From: Thalia democratica
Taxonomy: Eukaryota
Assembly (NCBI GenBank): GCA_965202585.1
Contig: OZ241833.1
Span: 52,886,001-52,950,000, forward strand
Reading direction: 5' to 3'
DNA length: 64,000 nucleotides
Shown here: positions 47,320 through 62,197 of the stretch, piece by piece
Position numbering within the stretch: position 1 is the stretch's first letter
Layout: every line of letters starts with the position of its first letter
Notes under the pieces: generated by a model
Seen by the model: only the letters and a program-made list of their open reading frames with translations
Databases searched by the model: none
What the model was told of the DNA's origin: nothing
Made by a program: the position numbers and the translations under genes

Positions 47320-50300
47320 CATCTAGTGACTTTAAAAAATTTTTGTTTTCTTCAAGCAGAAAGTTGTAAAATATTAAATATATTAATTTTTTTTTGTTTT
47401 AGAAAATTTATAAATACATGTTACTTAAGTTTATTTATAGTAATTATAAAAACTTTAGTATATTTTAATTGTGGTTAGTGTAATTTTTTAAGTTACTAAT
47501 CAAATGAATAAAATAAAAATGTATAACGGCTTAGTAATTTTTAAAAGTGCTGTTTTCTTATAAATAAAATTGAAGTAGTAGACATATTTTTGCCTTTCAA
47601 TAAGTAAATTAAACTTTGAGTGAAAAAATAAATTAAAATACTTTTTATATATATTTTATATGTAAATAATTTTTCAAACCATACTATTTGACGATTAAAG
47701 AATTTTGCTTTACGGAACATATGTTTTGGTTTTTTTTTTAATCTACTTTTCTCAATAAACTAATTTGTATTAATACCATAAAATTATAAGGTCATTAAAA
47801 AGCATACCTTTTCTAAAATAGTATTTATTTAATAAATTTAGTAATTACAAAATTTTTTTTAATATAATATATGCAACTAGTTATGTAGAGGTTAGTCATG
47901 TTATTTTATAATATATTTCAAAAACGTTTTCAAAACCATAATAACAGTTTAACTATTTAGTGATTAATGATAAATGAAACTGAAAACATTTTATTTGAGT
48001 GAAACATTTTGAAAATAAGTTTAAATTATTACGTATTAATAAATTTAATAAAGTACAGATTTTTAGAGTTTATGAATTGTAACTGAAGAAACAATATGTT
48101 AATTAACAAATTGTTTAGAGTTTTGCTTTTCCATTTAATGCTGTTTGCGTATTTATTTTAGGTGGTTCTTCTTTAATCAATATTGATTAGAGTATAGTTC
48201 GCTTTGTTTACATCAATGTCAGAGCTTTGAAATCAGTGCAACTTTAACGATAAACTACTTCAAATTCGTTTAAAATTTATAACTTGAGACTGAAACTAGT
48301 TTTGAAAACGTTTGTGCAATAAAATATTTTCAAAAATGAGTAAGCTCTACATACCTAGTAGCAAATATAAATATTTTTTTTTTTATTATTTTTTTTTAAT
48401 ATAAGTAGACCGTCTGTTAAAAATTTATCTTTTTGTTATTATAAAACTTGAACGAATATAGGCTTACCAACTTTTTAAATCATAACCGGAACTTCAAATT
48501 TTACCAGTTAAAAGTGTTAAAACATATATTAAAATGGAAAACAACCAAGAACGTACAAGTAGTCTCAAGTTTAATCATTTTTATAACATATTAACATTTA
48601 AAATATTTTTTTGTCAGCACTTTGTTAAAAATGAACTTGAAATATTTTTTTACTAACAAAGCTTATTACTTCTATAACTACATAAATGTCACAGACAAAA
48701 AAAAACTCATAAACTTCAAAATTCAACCAAACTAACATGTATTAGCGCAATTATTTCAACGCGCAATTATAATGAAACACAAAAGAAAAAGATTGGTTGA
48801 ATGATCTTCTTTTTTCTACGTTTACTTAATCAAGCGTATAAAAAATGTTAGATAACGCCCTTAAAATTATTTATTTGAAACTCGAACACAAAAATTCAAA
48901 ATAAAGGTTCCGTTTTTTAATTTGTTCAACAACCAAATTATAGATACAATATTGATTTTTTTTTATAATAATTAATTTGGCTTTGTTTAGCAAAGCTAAT
49001 ATGTTTTTACCCTTTTATTCAATAACCATTAGACTACAACAGTCCATTTGACAATATCATATCTTTAATCAACATCCCACTATTACTTAACACCTTTAAA
49101 TTATTATGTTACGACTGAAAATATTTCAAATGAATTTATAGTAAAATATCATAAACCGTTTGTAGGTTGAAAACTGCAAGTTTTTCGGTTGCGGTTGACT
49201 GACGAGTTTCAATAAGATCCAAATTCGAGTTTCAGTTTACAAAAGGCTTATAGTCTGATCATATAATTCGTCAAACCTTTATATTAAACTTGAACTTGTC
49301 TCACGGCATACGGAAGTCCAGGCTTTTACTCTATAGAATTTCACCGATGTATTCTTTAAAAAAAAAGATTTTATTAAACTTTAGAAAATAAACAACGAAA
49401 AATGGATATATGAATTGCTGGAATATTGTATTTCGTAATTTGAAAAAGTCATATTGTGAGTTGATATATATAATAAAATATTGATGACTTTTAAAATTAG
49501 CAGATATTTACCAATTAAAAATACACCACAAAAATTATATTTATGTATAACACAAGAATATTTTTTAAATATTTAATGTTGTATCATTAAATTAGAACTA
49601 CTAAACCTGTAAACATTATAAACTAACCATATTTGAAAACTATAGGATCAAATATTCTAAGCGTGTTTATTTGTCGTTCAATAAACTATAGTAAATAAAG
49701 TTTCTGGATCAAACAATCAAAAACAAAGGTACAAAAAAATTTAAACTATTTTTGATTCTTTAAAAATTTTCAAACTTTTAAGTAAAAACCACAAAACTAC
49801 GTAAACTTATTTAAACTATCTAAACTGCAACAAAAACAATAATAATTTGTTTTTGTTTTTAGCTATACTAAACAAATTCTATATAACTAAGTTAAGATTC
49901 AGAAGAATATTTTTAATTACAAACCTAGCATAAACATATGTTAATCAAATAAACTGTTAGTGATGTTTAAAGATCCAAGTTTTGGTACTTTATTTATCAC
50001 GCCTAGAGTAACTGTAAGTCTATCAATTGTGGTATATTTTATAATATTTTTTGTATCTCAAATCGAAACTAATAATTAAACTTTATCTTAACGTGTATCA
50101 AACTTTAAAAAATATCTCTTGTTTAATGTTAACGCTTTAAGTATAAAATATTAAGTTTCTGCAGAAAACACAACAAATTTATTTATATTTCTAAAACAAC
50201 TGAGACAAATAGCTTCAAAATAGAAGTTAGCACGTTTTTTGTCTGCGTTTTTTTGATCTAGATTAACCAGAAAAATTTTAATGCAGGACAGACAATTTAG

Positions 50301-53300
50301 AAATACGTCTTTGCGAATTTGAAATCATTATATGTATATATATACTAAATTTTGAAATCAATATATGTATATATATACTAATACCATAAAGTTACAGGGT
50401 ATTTAACATACCTACTCTTAAATATTCTCTAAATAATAAGTTTAATGTTTACATAAGTATATTTATATACCATTTGCAACTAAATATGTAGGTGTTACAC
50501 ATTTTAATATATTTCATTTCACAAACGTTTTCAAAACTATATTAGTTTCATTCTTAAGTGGTTAATGTTAAATAAACTTGAAAAACAATTTGGTTAATGT
50601 GTTTAAAAGATAAGTTTACAGTTTGACGTATATTCAAATATATGCAATTTTTTTTAAATAAAAAAGTAAAGCACAAATAATTATATATCAATTAATAGGT
50701 TGTTAAAAGTTTTGCTTTTTATATAATAATATTTGCGTATTTAACTCAAATCGTTCTTTCTCAATCAATATTGATTAAAGGCTGTAAAGTTCGCTTTGTT
50801 TACATCGTTTGAACACTTTAAAGTTTTAAACTATGTCAGAGTTTTGACGGCGTGTGCAATTAAAACGACAAATTCATTTTGAATTCATTCAACATTTACC
50901 ACTTGAGGATGAAACTAGTTTTAAACATGTTTGTAAAATAAAATATGAAATAAAATGAGTAACCTAAATTTATGAATTCTTAGTTGTGATGGTATATAAA
51001 TACGTTGAATAAATTTAGTATAATAGTATAAATAAATAAAATTAGTTGTTATAAAGTAGCTCAAGTTTATTTGTTTTGCATAACTTGTTTTGAAAATAAA
51101 AAGTTGATCGTTTGTCAAAAATTTAGATTTTTTGTTGTTTTACAACTAAAACGAATATAGGCTTGACAACTTTTAAAATTATAACTAGAAGGTATAACTA
51201 GAATTTTAAAATTTATCTGTTAAAAGTATTTAAAACAGATATACAATTTGAAAACAACCAACAACGTACAAATTTGTTGATGTTTAAACATTTTTATTAC
51301 ATATTAACATTTAAAATAAATTTTTGTAAAACTTTATGAAGAAAAGCTTTTAACATACTATTACTAACAAATACTGCTAATTTTGTAACTACAAAACTGT
51401 CACATACAAACAAAAACCTCATAAACTTTACAAATCAAGTAAACTAACAAATAACTTTAGTGTTTGAATTTTTAATGAAACAACACAATAGAAAATGATT
51501 GGTTGAATGATCTTCTTTTTTTTACGTGTAGTCAATCAACCGTATAAAAAACTTTGATAACGCCCTTAAAATTATTTATTGAAAACTCAAACACAAAAAT
51601 CTAAATTTCAATATCTGTTTTTTTAGATTTTAACAACTAAATTATAGAAACAGTATTAATTTTAAGTAAAAGTTTGTTTATGTTTTTCAAGTAGTTATTT
51701 TGGCCATTTCTATAAAAGCTGATAGTTTTCATTTAAAAACCGTTAGACTACAACAGTCCTTGTTACAACTTCACATCTTTAATTAACATCACATTGTTAC
51801 GTAACAACTGAATATTACTACATTAAAATTAAAAAACATTTACATAATATATTTGTAAAATATCATAAACCGTTTGTAGGTTGAAAACTACAAGTATTTC
51901 GGTTGCGGTTGACTGACGAGTTTCAATAAAAACGAAACTCGAGTTTCAGTTTACCGAAGGCTCTGATGATCGAATTGGTATGATAAAACCTTTATGCCAA
52001 ACTTGAACTTGTCTCACGGCATACGAAAGTCCAGGCTTTTGCTCTATTGACTTTTGCCGATGCTTTTTATTTTAAATTGATTTTGTAAAAACTTAGAAAA
52101 TAAACAACAGCAAATGACACATATGAATTTCCGAATTTGAGCATTTTGTACTGTAAGGACAAAAAAAAATTGTGATAAAATTTATATTTTTAAATATTGA
52201 CGACTTTAATAATTAGCAGATATTTTTTAAGTTTAAAAATACCACAAAAATAGTATAATTGTATTAAACAATAAAATTTGTTAATGTTTAATGTTGTGAA
52301 TTTAAAACAAAGTTACTAAATGTCTAAACACGATGAGTTAACCATGTTTAAAAATTATATAAACTTTTTAAACGGTTTAAATGTCATTATTTAATGTGTA
52401 TAAAGTTTGTTTTTAATCAAGGAAATTTTAAGATTATTGTTAAGTTATATCAATTTTAATATGAAAGACCAGAAACTTTTGGTAAAAAAAAGCTTAACAA
52501 ATAGTATTGATGCCAATCATAACTTATTAGTGCTACACTATTACTTATTATTAGTTTAGCATCTTTGTGAATTTCATAAGTAATATATATTAAATATAAA
52601 GTTAAAGGGATTTTAAAAAGCATACCTACCTTTAAATTTTTTTTTAAAGTAAGTTCAATAAGTTTAATAAATAAAAAATGCTATTTGATTGTTTTAAAAT
52701 AGCTAAAACTTTTTTGTTGATTTATTTCTAAAGTAATACGTCAAGTGCTTGTCAAAAATTTAGATTTTTTTTTCATTCTAAATCAAAAGCGGACACTTTT
52801 TGAGAAAATTAAAAATTATAAATAGAACTTAAAAAGTTAAACTTAGAAATTAGAAGTAACAAAAAAACTTGTAAAGCCATCAGCACACAAACTTTCTCGA
52901 TTTTAAATTTACACTATTATTACATATTAAAGTTAAAAATTACTTTTTGTAAAAACTTTATACAGATAAACTTAAAAAAGATTTTTTACTTTGGAATACT
53001 GCTAAATCTGTAACTATGAAAATATAACGTACAAACAAAAGTCTAATAAACTTTAGAAATAAACTAAACTAACAAACATTAGCGCATAATTTAATCACAG
53101 TCATTTATAATAAAACAACACAGTAGAAAATGATTGGTTAAATTATCTTCTTTTTTCTAAGCGTATGGAAAATGTTTGATAAAGCACTTGAAATTATTTT
53201 TTTAGAAACTCAAACACAAAATTCTAAAATACAGTATCCGTTTATTAATTTTATAGACAAATAAATTGTTGATATAGTATTTATTATAAATAAAAGTTTG

Positions 53301-55000
53301 TTATAGTTTTCAAGTAGTTATTTTGCCATAACCAGCAAAGCTGATATGTTTTATGCTTTCATTCAATAATCATTAGATTACAACAGTCCATTCGACAAAC
53401 TCAAATCTTTAATCAAAATCACATTATTACGTAACAACCGAATACTATTTTACATAACATATTGGTAAAATATGATAAACCGTTTGTAAGTTGAAAACTG
53501 CAAGTATTTCGGTTGCGGCTGACTGAAGAGTTTCAATAAGAACGAAACTCGAGTTTCAGAATACCGAAGGATTATGGTCTGATCATATAATTGATCAAAA
53601 CCTTCATGTTAAACTTGAGCTTGTCTCACGGCATACGAAAGTCCAGGCTTTGGCTCTGCAGAATTTCGCTGATGTTTTCTTTCAAAAACCGATTTTATCA
53701 AAACTTTAAAAAATAAATCTCGATAAATGACAAATATGAATTGCCAGAAATATGTATTTCGTTTTAAAAAAAAATTCAAGTTATGAGTAGATTTGTCTTA
53801 TAAAATATTAATGACTTTTAAAAATAGCAGGTATTTTCCAGTTAAATAATAAAACACAAAAATAATTTCTTTGTATAACACTATAATTTTTTTTAAATAT
53901 TTAAAAGATGCGTCTTTAAACTAAAATTACTAAATCTGTAAACGTTATGAATTAATCATGTTTGAAAACTATAGGACCAAAAATTTAAAGCGTCTTTATT
54001 TGTCCTTAAATAAACTATAATAATTAGAAATTTAGATTAACCAATCAAAAAACAAAGGTACAAAAAAATTATAACTACTTATGATTCTTTAGAAACTAAC
54101 AAAATTTTAGGTAAAAACCGCAAAACTACTTATAAAAATCTAAAATGTGAACTACAATAAAAACAATAACAATTTCTTTTTGTTTTCAACTATGCTTAAT
54201 ATTTTCTTTATAAATAAGCCAATTATACAAGTTAAGAATAAGAAAAACATTTTTAAATACGAACCTAGCCTAAACTTACTAAAATTAAACTGACTGTTAC
54301 TAATGTTAGAAATATAAAACTTTATTATTTTGTTTACCACGCCTAAAGTAGTTGTTGGTTAATTATTTGTAATACACTTAACAATTTTTTGTATCTTAAG
54401 TAGAATTTAGTTTTTAATTCTAATCTAAACATTTATCAAACTTTAGAAAAACATGTTTTATTTAAATTTTACGCCTTTTAGTTAAGTATAAAATATGAAT
54501 TTTCTGCAGCAAAACACAACAATTTTATTTGTATAAGAAAATTATTTCAAACATTTGATAAAAAAGTGGTTGGCACATTTTTTGTCTGCGATCTAGATTA
54601 ACAGAAAAAGCTTTATGCAGGACAGACTTTTTAGAAAAGCGTCTTTGCGGATTTCATAATTAATATATATGTATATGTATTTTATATATACTAATACCAT
54701 TAAGTTATAAGGTGTTTTCAAAAGTACTCTAAAATAGTGGTTATTTTACAGTTTAATAAGTTTAATAATTATGTAATTATGTTTCTATACCATTTGCAAC
54801 TAGATATGTAGAGGTTACTCTTTTTATTTTATGTTTTATTTCACAAACAATTTTAAAACTATACTAGTTTCATTCTCAAGTGGTAAATGTTGAATGAAAT
54901 TTGAAAAAAATTTTGATTAGTAAACAGTTTGAAAAATAACTTTAAATCATTACTTATGCATAAAATCAAATAAAAGTTTTAGAGTTCAGAAAGTAAAATT
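47320..55000 (-). repeat. Inverted array of ~1.55 kb units upstream of gene 2 (cores ending at ~49349, 52062, 53674)
   Basis: Reverse-complement core GTCTCACGGCATACG(G/A)AAGTCCAGGCTTT at ~49300, 52010 and 53620. Confidence 0.9.
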
Positions 55001-56721
55001 TAAGTAAAGATATGTAAACTAATAAACTGTTAATAACTACATTAACAAACAAGACAGTTTTATTTGTGTACTATATTTGAACGTTTTTTCAGCTACGTTT
55101 GCCCGATTTTCTAATATTAATTTAAACATATCTTAAGCACATACGCTTCAAACTTTTAATAATTACTTTTCTTATGCTTAAAACTGTTTTAAATTGTAAT
55201 ATTTGTTTGTTTAAAACTTATAACTTTAATATTAAAAAAGCTCCTTCAATAATGGAATAAAAAATTAAATCTGAAATGTTAAAAAGTTTTAAAAATTATA
55301 CATTTAACTTAAATACAATAGACATCAAAGTGTCAAATAATATTGTTGTTTTTTCATAATTATAGATTTTGAAAGAATAAACGAATCAACAAATTTGCAA
55401 TACTTGTTCTGCAATTTGGAAACTTAATTGTTATTCGGAAAAAAATTAAAGGTATAAAAATTAATAATTTGAAAGAGTTTCAAAAACATAAAGTAATCGG
55501 TTGTTTAGTTGGTGTGAAACCAACTAAAATAAAAGCTATGAAGAGTATATCTAACCATCAACTTAATTTTGATATAATGAAACTTAAATTAGCAAGACTT
55601 TTATGTTATTTTACTGGTCTGCCGTACTTTGAAAATAAATGAAGTTATGAAACCTATTGTTTACGTAAGTTCAACGAAACAAAAGCAGCATACAAATAAT
55701 TTTTATTTGAACTGATATAAGATTAATAGTTTTTGTACTTAAAATAATAATTATCCGTTATTTAACTTTTATTGATGTCTTAAAGTTTAAGATGTTAGAT
55801 TACTTTATGTTTTTTGAAATTAAAAGTATATAATGTTTCAATAGAATATAAAATAATTTGATTTTTGAACAACATTAACAGTATTAAAAAAAGTATAACT
55901 CAAAGTAAACATTTTGTTAATATTTGTTTAACCAAATAAATAAAACTCCTAATGGTTATCTTAATTAACTAACAATGTCCATTTTAGATTATATAAAATA
56001 GTTTTTACACTAATACTTATTTTAATAAATTTTATAAGTTTATCAAAATTTTATCTTTAACTGCTGAGGTTAAAAAATGAAGTTTGCTTTAGCATAAAAA
56101 TATACTTTTAAAACGTCTCCCCCAGATTTTATCTACAAAGAAGATAAAACGATACATTTACCTACCAAAAAAACATAAAAATCAATTTTAAACTTAGGTA
56201 GAGTTTTAAGTTCTAACAATCAATGAAATTAAACTAGAAAAGAACAAAAACCACTGAAATGTTACAGTTAACTTTGTTTAGACTTAATTAAAATATTAAT
56301 ATAACCTGGAGTTTTAAAAGTTTTATCAATACCACTTTCGGTATCGTAGATCCTTCTCCGGGTTCATACACGGCCGGAACGACGCAGATCATTCTTTAGG
56401 AGCACTCAATCGTCAAAATATTATTCAGATAACTCAGATTTATTATTAGGATCCAAACAAAACAATACACCATTTCTCTGCTTTGAAGTTGATTGGCTTC
56501 CAACCATGCAATTAGAGTCCTCAGGTGAAAAGAAGGTAGCTCGTTTTGCGTTGCATATCTTGTCATAGTAATCTCAAGCTTTGAAACATGCACCTTTTTT
56601 GGAGCGCGGAACATCAACATTTCCTAGAAATATCTTTTCTTGTCATTACCAGAAAAGACAAACTTCTGCAGTGGTATGTTTTCTTTTCTCAAATAAGGGA
56701 TGCTGCTTAGAGAATCCCAAC

Positions 56722-56848
56722 TAGTCATGTACCGGACTCACTATCCATGTACGGACCCGGCAGTATGTTGCCAATTTAGTCTGATATCCGGATCCGGCCG
56801 GATCTTGATATGAAAAAAAGATTCGGATTCGGGTCCGGTACATCACTA
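56722..56848. mobile_element. 127-bp hAT-like MITE nested in the degenerate LTR element
   Basis: TIRs TAGTCATGTACCGGAC / GTCCGGTACATCACTA; 8-bp TSD ATCCCAAC / ATCGCAAC (7 of 8 match). Confidence 0.85.
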
Positions 56849-57738
56849 ATCGCAACAAGGATTCTTACTACGGTTTTGAACAGTTAAGCGACTTGATCCA
56901 TCAACCTTAAGAACCTGTTAGTGATATTCTTTTAGTTCCACTTCTACTCCACTTTTACCTCAATTGTCAGGAAAGTGACTTAATTGGTTTTGTATCATGA
57001 CGTGATAAGCGAAATTCATTGGTGGCATTGTGTGCTCATTTAAGTTTTCGGATGACTTAACATAACGATACCTAACAGCTTCTTCTTTTTTAATCCATGC
57101 GTACACCACTTATTTGAGATCTGCAGGTTCTGATGTAAGGTAATGAGTGATCAAATTTTCTCGCAATAAGATCTTTGCAGGGGGTAGTATGAATTCCGGA
57201 CTAGGCTTATTATTCCTGTAAGTTAAAGCTTGTATTATTATGTAATTATTTAGTTTCTCTTGTACTTTTATTGGAGAAACGTTTAGTGTGGTTTTCCTTA
57301 AGGGTTTGTACGAGGAAACTGAGGCCCTAATAGTAGGTTATGTCATTGTATCACGTGTCATCTATTTTGCTTCAATAAAACTGATTGTCTAGTTGATCTA
57401 GACTTTCCTATTCTAGCATCTCTTTGCGAATGTCCTAACCTTCTAGACCAGTCACTATGACATCTTTTAGAATTATGTCTGTGAAGTCTATTACTTGACT
57501 AAAGTTATTTTTTGGGTAAATATTATGTGGTGTATAAGCATGTACAGGCTTTTCCTTTTAAACGGGCCGCAAATAGTCTGGTGTTTAAAGTCAAACCCTT
57601 CTGTACTAAGAATGTCTGATCTTCGAACAATAACTCGTATTGGAATAACCTCTTTATCATGCTTTAAAGCTCTTGTTCGCTTTAATTTACTACGACTGCA
57701 TATGCCTTTATGTCCCTTTATGATAGTATCGCCTAGAT

Positions 57739-58063
57739 CAGGTGTAGTAAAATTCGGCCCTCAAAGCAAAAATATGTGGCCCGTAGGGTACTTTTTAGCA
57801 AAAAAAAAAGTTTTTTAAACTCGTAAAAACAAAATGTTTTGTAACAAAAACTTAGAATTTGGCTGTTTGTTCAACAAATACTCTTTATTGGTGTATTATT
57901 ATTGCTCATTTAATCATATATCTGGTTTAGAACAGTGTTTTTATAGTAACTATTACAATTGTTTCAAAATAAGTGCGGCCCTTGAAGAGTTTTCTAATCA
58001 GTGCGGTGCGTGAGAATTTTTTTAAATAATATTTGGCGAGTCACCAAAGGCTGCCGATCCCTG
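57739..58063. mobile_element. hAT-like MITE (325 bp) interrupting gag of the degenerate element
   Basis: Termini CAGGTGTAGTAAA / CTGCCGATCCCTG; TSD GCCTAGAT / GCTTAGAT; CGGCCC and GCGGCCC subterminal motifs. Removing it restores the gag reading DDLGD. Confidence 0.8.
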
Positions 58064-60842
58064 GCTTAGATCGTCATCACAACTTTGGTTGAATTCACGA
58101 CGTTTTTTTAACTCTATCATTTTTGTATTCTTTTTAAACATTGTCCATTTTTGCAGAAATGTGCTCCATGCCTCTTCATTACAGTCTAACCCTATTAGAA
58201 GACGGTTCATCTTTGGAGGTTTTAAAGATTTTGAATCAATGTAAACACTGCTGTGAATGATAAGCAAAGGGTCAGCTACAGAAGCATTGACATCTGGTGT
58301 TTCATATGTGCAACTCTCAAGAGGGCATTTAATCACAGGCATTGTTGATTCAACTCAGTATGATTTTATCATAAATAAATACCTTTTTTGATTGAGTTTA
58401 TTCACGAACTAATCACAATATATCAAACATTTGAACTTATGATTAAAACGTTTGCTTAATAGTATTTTAAAATAATTTAACAAACTATGATAAAACAATT
58501 TAAAAAAACCGTTGCTACTTAGTAAATTAACTTTAAAACATATACAAAGCGTATATAAACTATTTAAAACAAACATAAACTCTGATTAGCAATAAACTAG
58601 CCACTTTAACAAAAGCTACTATAAACACCCTGGCTACTCTGCTATATAGCATAGCTGATGAAAAATGTCTGCTTTAAATTGTTAAGTATAGTTAAGAAGA
58701 AAAGTTTCACAATTTCACAATTGTGTAGAAAATTATGTTTTAAGTATCTATGCGAGGTTAAAGTTCTAAAGCTTATAAATATTTATCAAGTGAAATCAAT
58801 GTTTTTGATTTATAAAACTAGTTTTGAATTTTAAGTTTTTTGTAATGTTATCTAGAAATACTTTTTGAACTTAAGATTTAATGCTTAAGTAGCTGAGTAG
58901 CGATTTGTTTGTAGAAATCAAGCAACCATATTACTTACAGACTGGTTTTTGAGTAAATTAGTATAATCTTCTTTGTAATATCTTTTTTTTTAAGTATACT
59001 TAAAGCTTAGCAGAGAATGTTCCAGACTGGTTTCCAGGAGCTGTTGCTTGCATCAAAAAAAAAATCTAAAAATAGACTCACTAAATAATTGTTTTATCTA
59101 AAACTACACCTTTGTTAAAAGAAAATCTGGTGGTATTGAAACTAATATTTTGAATAGTTAATTCTGAAAAACACTATTTAAAATTTCAATGTCATTACAG
59201 TACAATTAGTTGTACCTGGTAGAGTCGTGAGCAACAACGTTGAATTAGGATAAGAACAAACTCAGGGTACTCAAGACAATTTCTTTTTTATTCTTAGAAT
59301 AAGTTAGGATAATTCAGACTAGTTTGATTTTTTAAATCTTAGGATAAGTTAAAGAAATTGTATAAAATACAAAAGACTTAGGATTGTTTTGACAATTTTC
59401 TGAAATCTAAGTCCACAATTTTGATCTTGAATGTAATAAGTTATTCAATATTTAATGATTTATAACTTAGTTAATCAAAATTTTTTATTTGCAAAGTTAA
59501 ATAACATAAATTTCTATATTTTTTTATATTATATTTTAATTTTCTCAAAAAATTTAGGATAACTCAGGAAAGTTTTTTGTCAACTAAGATAGTTTTTATG
59601 ACCAAAGAGTGGAATTCCTGATAATCTTTAAACTGATTAAGGTTTTAAGAGTTTTAGTACAAATCAAATACAGTTTAGTTTCAAAATAAGATGTTCAATT
59701 TTTTATTCTAAAATTTTTTTTTGAAAAAACTTTAATTTTAACTGATACATGCATAATGATAAGTAACTTACTATGTAAAATATTCTAATAATTTAAGAAA
59801 TTGTAGTTAAAACAATAGAATTATACATAATTTAATTTTAATTATTGATAATTTAAATATTATTATATTGTCTTCTAGAACTTTTCTATAAACTTAAAAT
59901 TTTTTTTCCTTCATAAAAAGTTTAAAATTAAATATTTTCATGGTCAGTGTTTATTAATTTAATAAGGTAGAAGGCATTATGAAACTACTTTAAAATAACC
60001 AAACCTTCAGTTGCTTTATAATTAATACTAGTAAAAACTTGTTTACCATAAATTTATTTTCTGTATGCAGTTTACTCTTAATTAATTTACATGGAAACAT
60101 TTTCAAATATATTTTAACTTTCTAGTTCAAAAACAGATATTAATGTTTTTTAATTAACATATTTTATGCTATACTTATAAAGTCATAGTATAGAATATTT
60201 TAATTTTTTTACACCATTTAAACTGTTTTTTCACTTAAGTTAATTTTTTTACCCAAAATTAATAAATAACTTTTTAAGAAGTTGAAAAAATTTAGAAAAC
60301 ATGGATAAACAACTCAAAAAACCTTTTGCAACCCTGCTTTTTTATACTTTTTGTACAAAACTTATTGTAACTGGATTGAATTTTTTTTTATAGTTTTTAA
60401 GCTTTATTTAGATATGAAAGTTTAAATTTTTTATTAATTTTTAAATTGACAACTTTTGATTGTTTTTTAAGTTATTATATTATTATAAAAAATCTAGCTT
60501 CATATGCAATAAATTTAAGGATTTAGTTTTACTAATTTAATTTAAATACATGCTTATAGCTATTACAGAGTTGCTAAGTACTAACAATGTTCAGGCTAGT
60601 TTGGACATAGTTTTCTAGCTAATAAAGTTTTTTCTTCAGTTTCATCACCAACTCAGACTAGTATTATAAGTTCAAAAAATCCAAGGCTATTTTAAACTGC
60701 TAAAAACTAAATTATTTGACTCTTGTTTAAATAAATGTTTAGATTAAGTTTACAAATCTCAAGCTAGTTTTTTGTTAAGAAATTTTTAGAAATATATTTT
60801 GTTATTATTTTGTTTATTTTAGGCATTTTATTTTTATTAACA

Positions 60843-61330
60843 CAGGTTTGCCACTTTACCTGAAAACCTGGAAATACGTTAAAAATTTCGTATTATTAAT
60901 TAGTATATTTCTATATCTATAATAATCGGAATTTGACATTTTAGGCAAAAAAAAACTGGAAAAACCTGGAATTTTGAACTAAAAAAACCTGGAAAAACCT
61001 CGAATTTTAACATGTTCAGTAGTAAAATTCTGATTTGACTCAAAAATCTATCATATAGATAAAAATTTTTGTCATGATCAATATTTTTTTTATTAAAAAA
61101 CACAGCTTTACAGTATCTTTTCAATGTTATTGTAATATTTTACACAGTTTCTTACCTAAAAATTAGCTTTAAACTAAAAATAGACTCATAAATGTATACT
61201 TAGAAAAACCCGGAAAAATTAAAAAAAAAAACGATTAGCAACTTCGTTAATATTTTTCTCATAATTTTACTTATTTATTGTCTTTAAAAAACTTAGAATA
61301 TATGATTAACCTTAATGAGTGGCAACTAAA
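60843..61330. mobile_element. Decayed hAT-like MITE
   Basis: CAGGTTTGCCAC ... GTGGCAAC termini and repeated AAAACCTGGAA subterminal motifs; no TSD resolved. Confidence 0.45.
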
Positions 61331-62197
61331 GTTGTATTTTTATAAATTAAAATTATGAAGTACGAATTTATAACTAGTTTAAATTAAGTATATAAGATTT
61401 GTCCTAAAAAATGAAGAGTTAAAACTGAGATATAATATAATATTTAAAAAAATCAAGGACCTTCAAGCAGATATAAATTTTTGTCTACAACTTAACATAA
61501 AATTCCTTAAAAACAAATTCTTAATTTTTAGTGATAATCCTGCAGTTATTATATTATAAATTATGAAAAATATTTGTAATACTAATGGGCATGTACCCAT
61601 GGGTTATAGGTTGTTTTTTATCAGTTTAAGCTGGTACCTCTTTGTAGTGTAAGGTTAATTACATAATTGTAAATAGTTTCATAAAAGTTTTGTTATAGTT
61701 CAATAAAATAAACAAATAAATACTAAGGTAAATAATTTAGTTTAACGTCTTAATTGTCTTTTGTAAATATATGATAAATTCTTCAATGTTTGGAAAACAA
61801 ACTTAGAATACAGTCCAAAAGTGAGTAATTATCCAGGGTTTCTCACTAAAAAATAATTTGATGAGTTCAACCATACTTATTGTACAAAACCTTTAAGATA
61901 GTTAACTTTTTTAATTTTTATTTAATAATAATGATTTTTATAATTTTTAGTTATACTTTCATATAAATTTTTTTAATAAGTTTAACTGTTTTATCAGTAT
62001 CAGTTTAAAGGCGATTTGAACCATTTTTTTTTATAACTCAAGGTAATTAAAAGTGACTGTGGGTAATTTTTATCAAATTACTGAGATTGTATAAAAATTT
62101 AAGTTAAATTTATATTATATTATTATATTATAATAATGATTATTATATTTGTATATTAATTTATTGATTTTATATCTAGACAAATATAATAATAAGT

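Larger units (their letters stand above)
34200..55000 (-). repeat. Right arm of a large inverted duplication (left arm ~11300-29990)
   Basis: 34200-35630 is the reverse complement of ~28540-29990 (and 1540-2970). Gene 2 mirrors gene 1. 47320-55000 mirrors 11300-19500 in rearranged order. Confidence 0.9.
56115..58430 (-). mobile_element. Older, degenerate relative of the 44369-47309 LTR element
   Basis: Minus strand shows a partial 5' LTR (..GTGAATAAACTCAA..TATTTATTTA|TGATAAAA), MPVIKCPLESCTYETPD gag start (58342), gag continuation 57738-57290 with stops, integrase remnant 57230-56860 (ALTYRN..KVDGSSRLTVQNR), and PPT GGGGGAGA at ~56116-56123 preceded by the same AGATAAAATCT. No clear 3' LTR. 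Confidence 0.85.

Noticed and set aside
59200-59640. Recurring TTAGGATAA(C/G)TCAGG motifs suggesting a MITE
   Set aside because: No termini or TSD could be identified.
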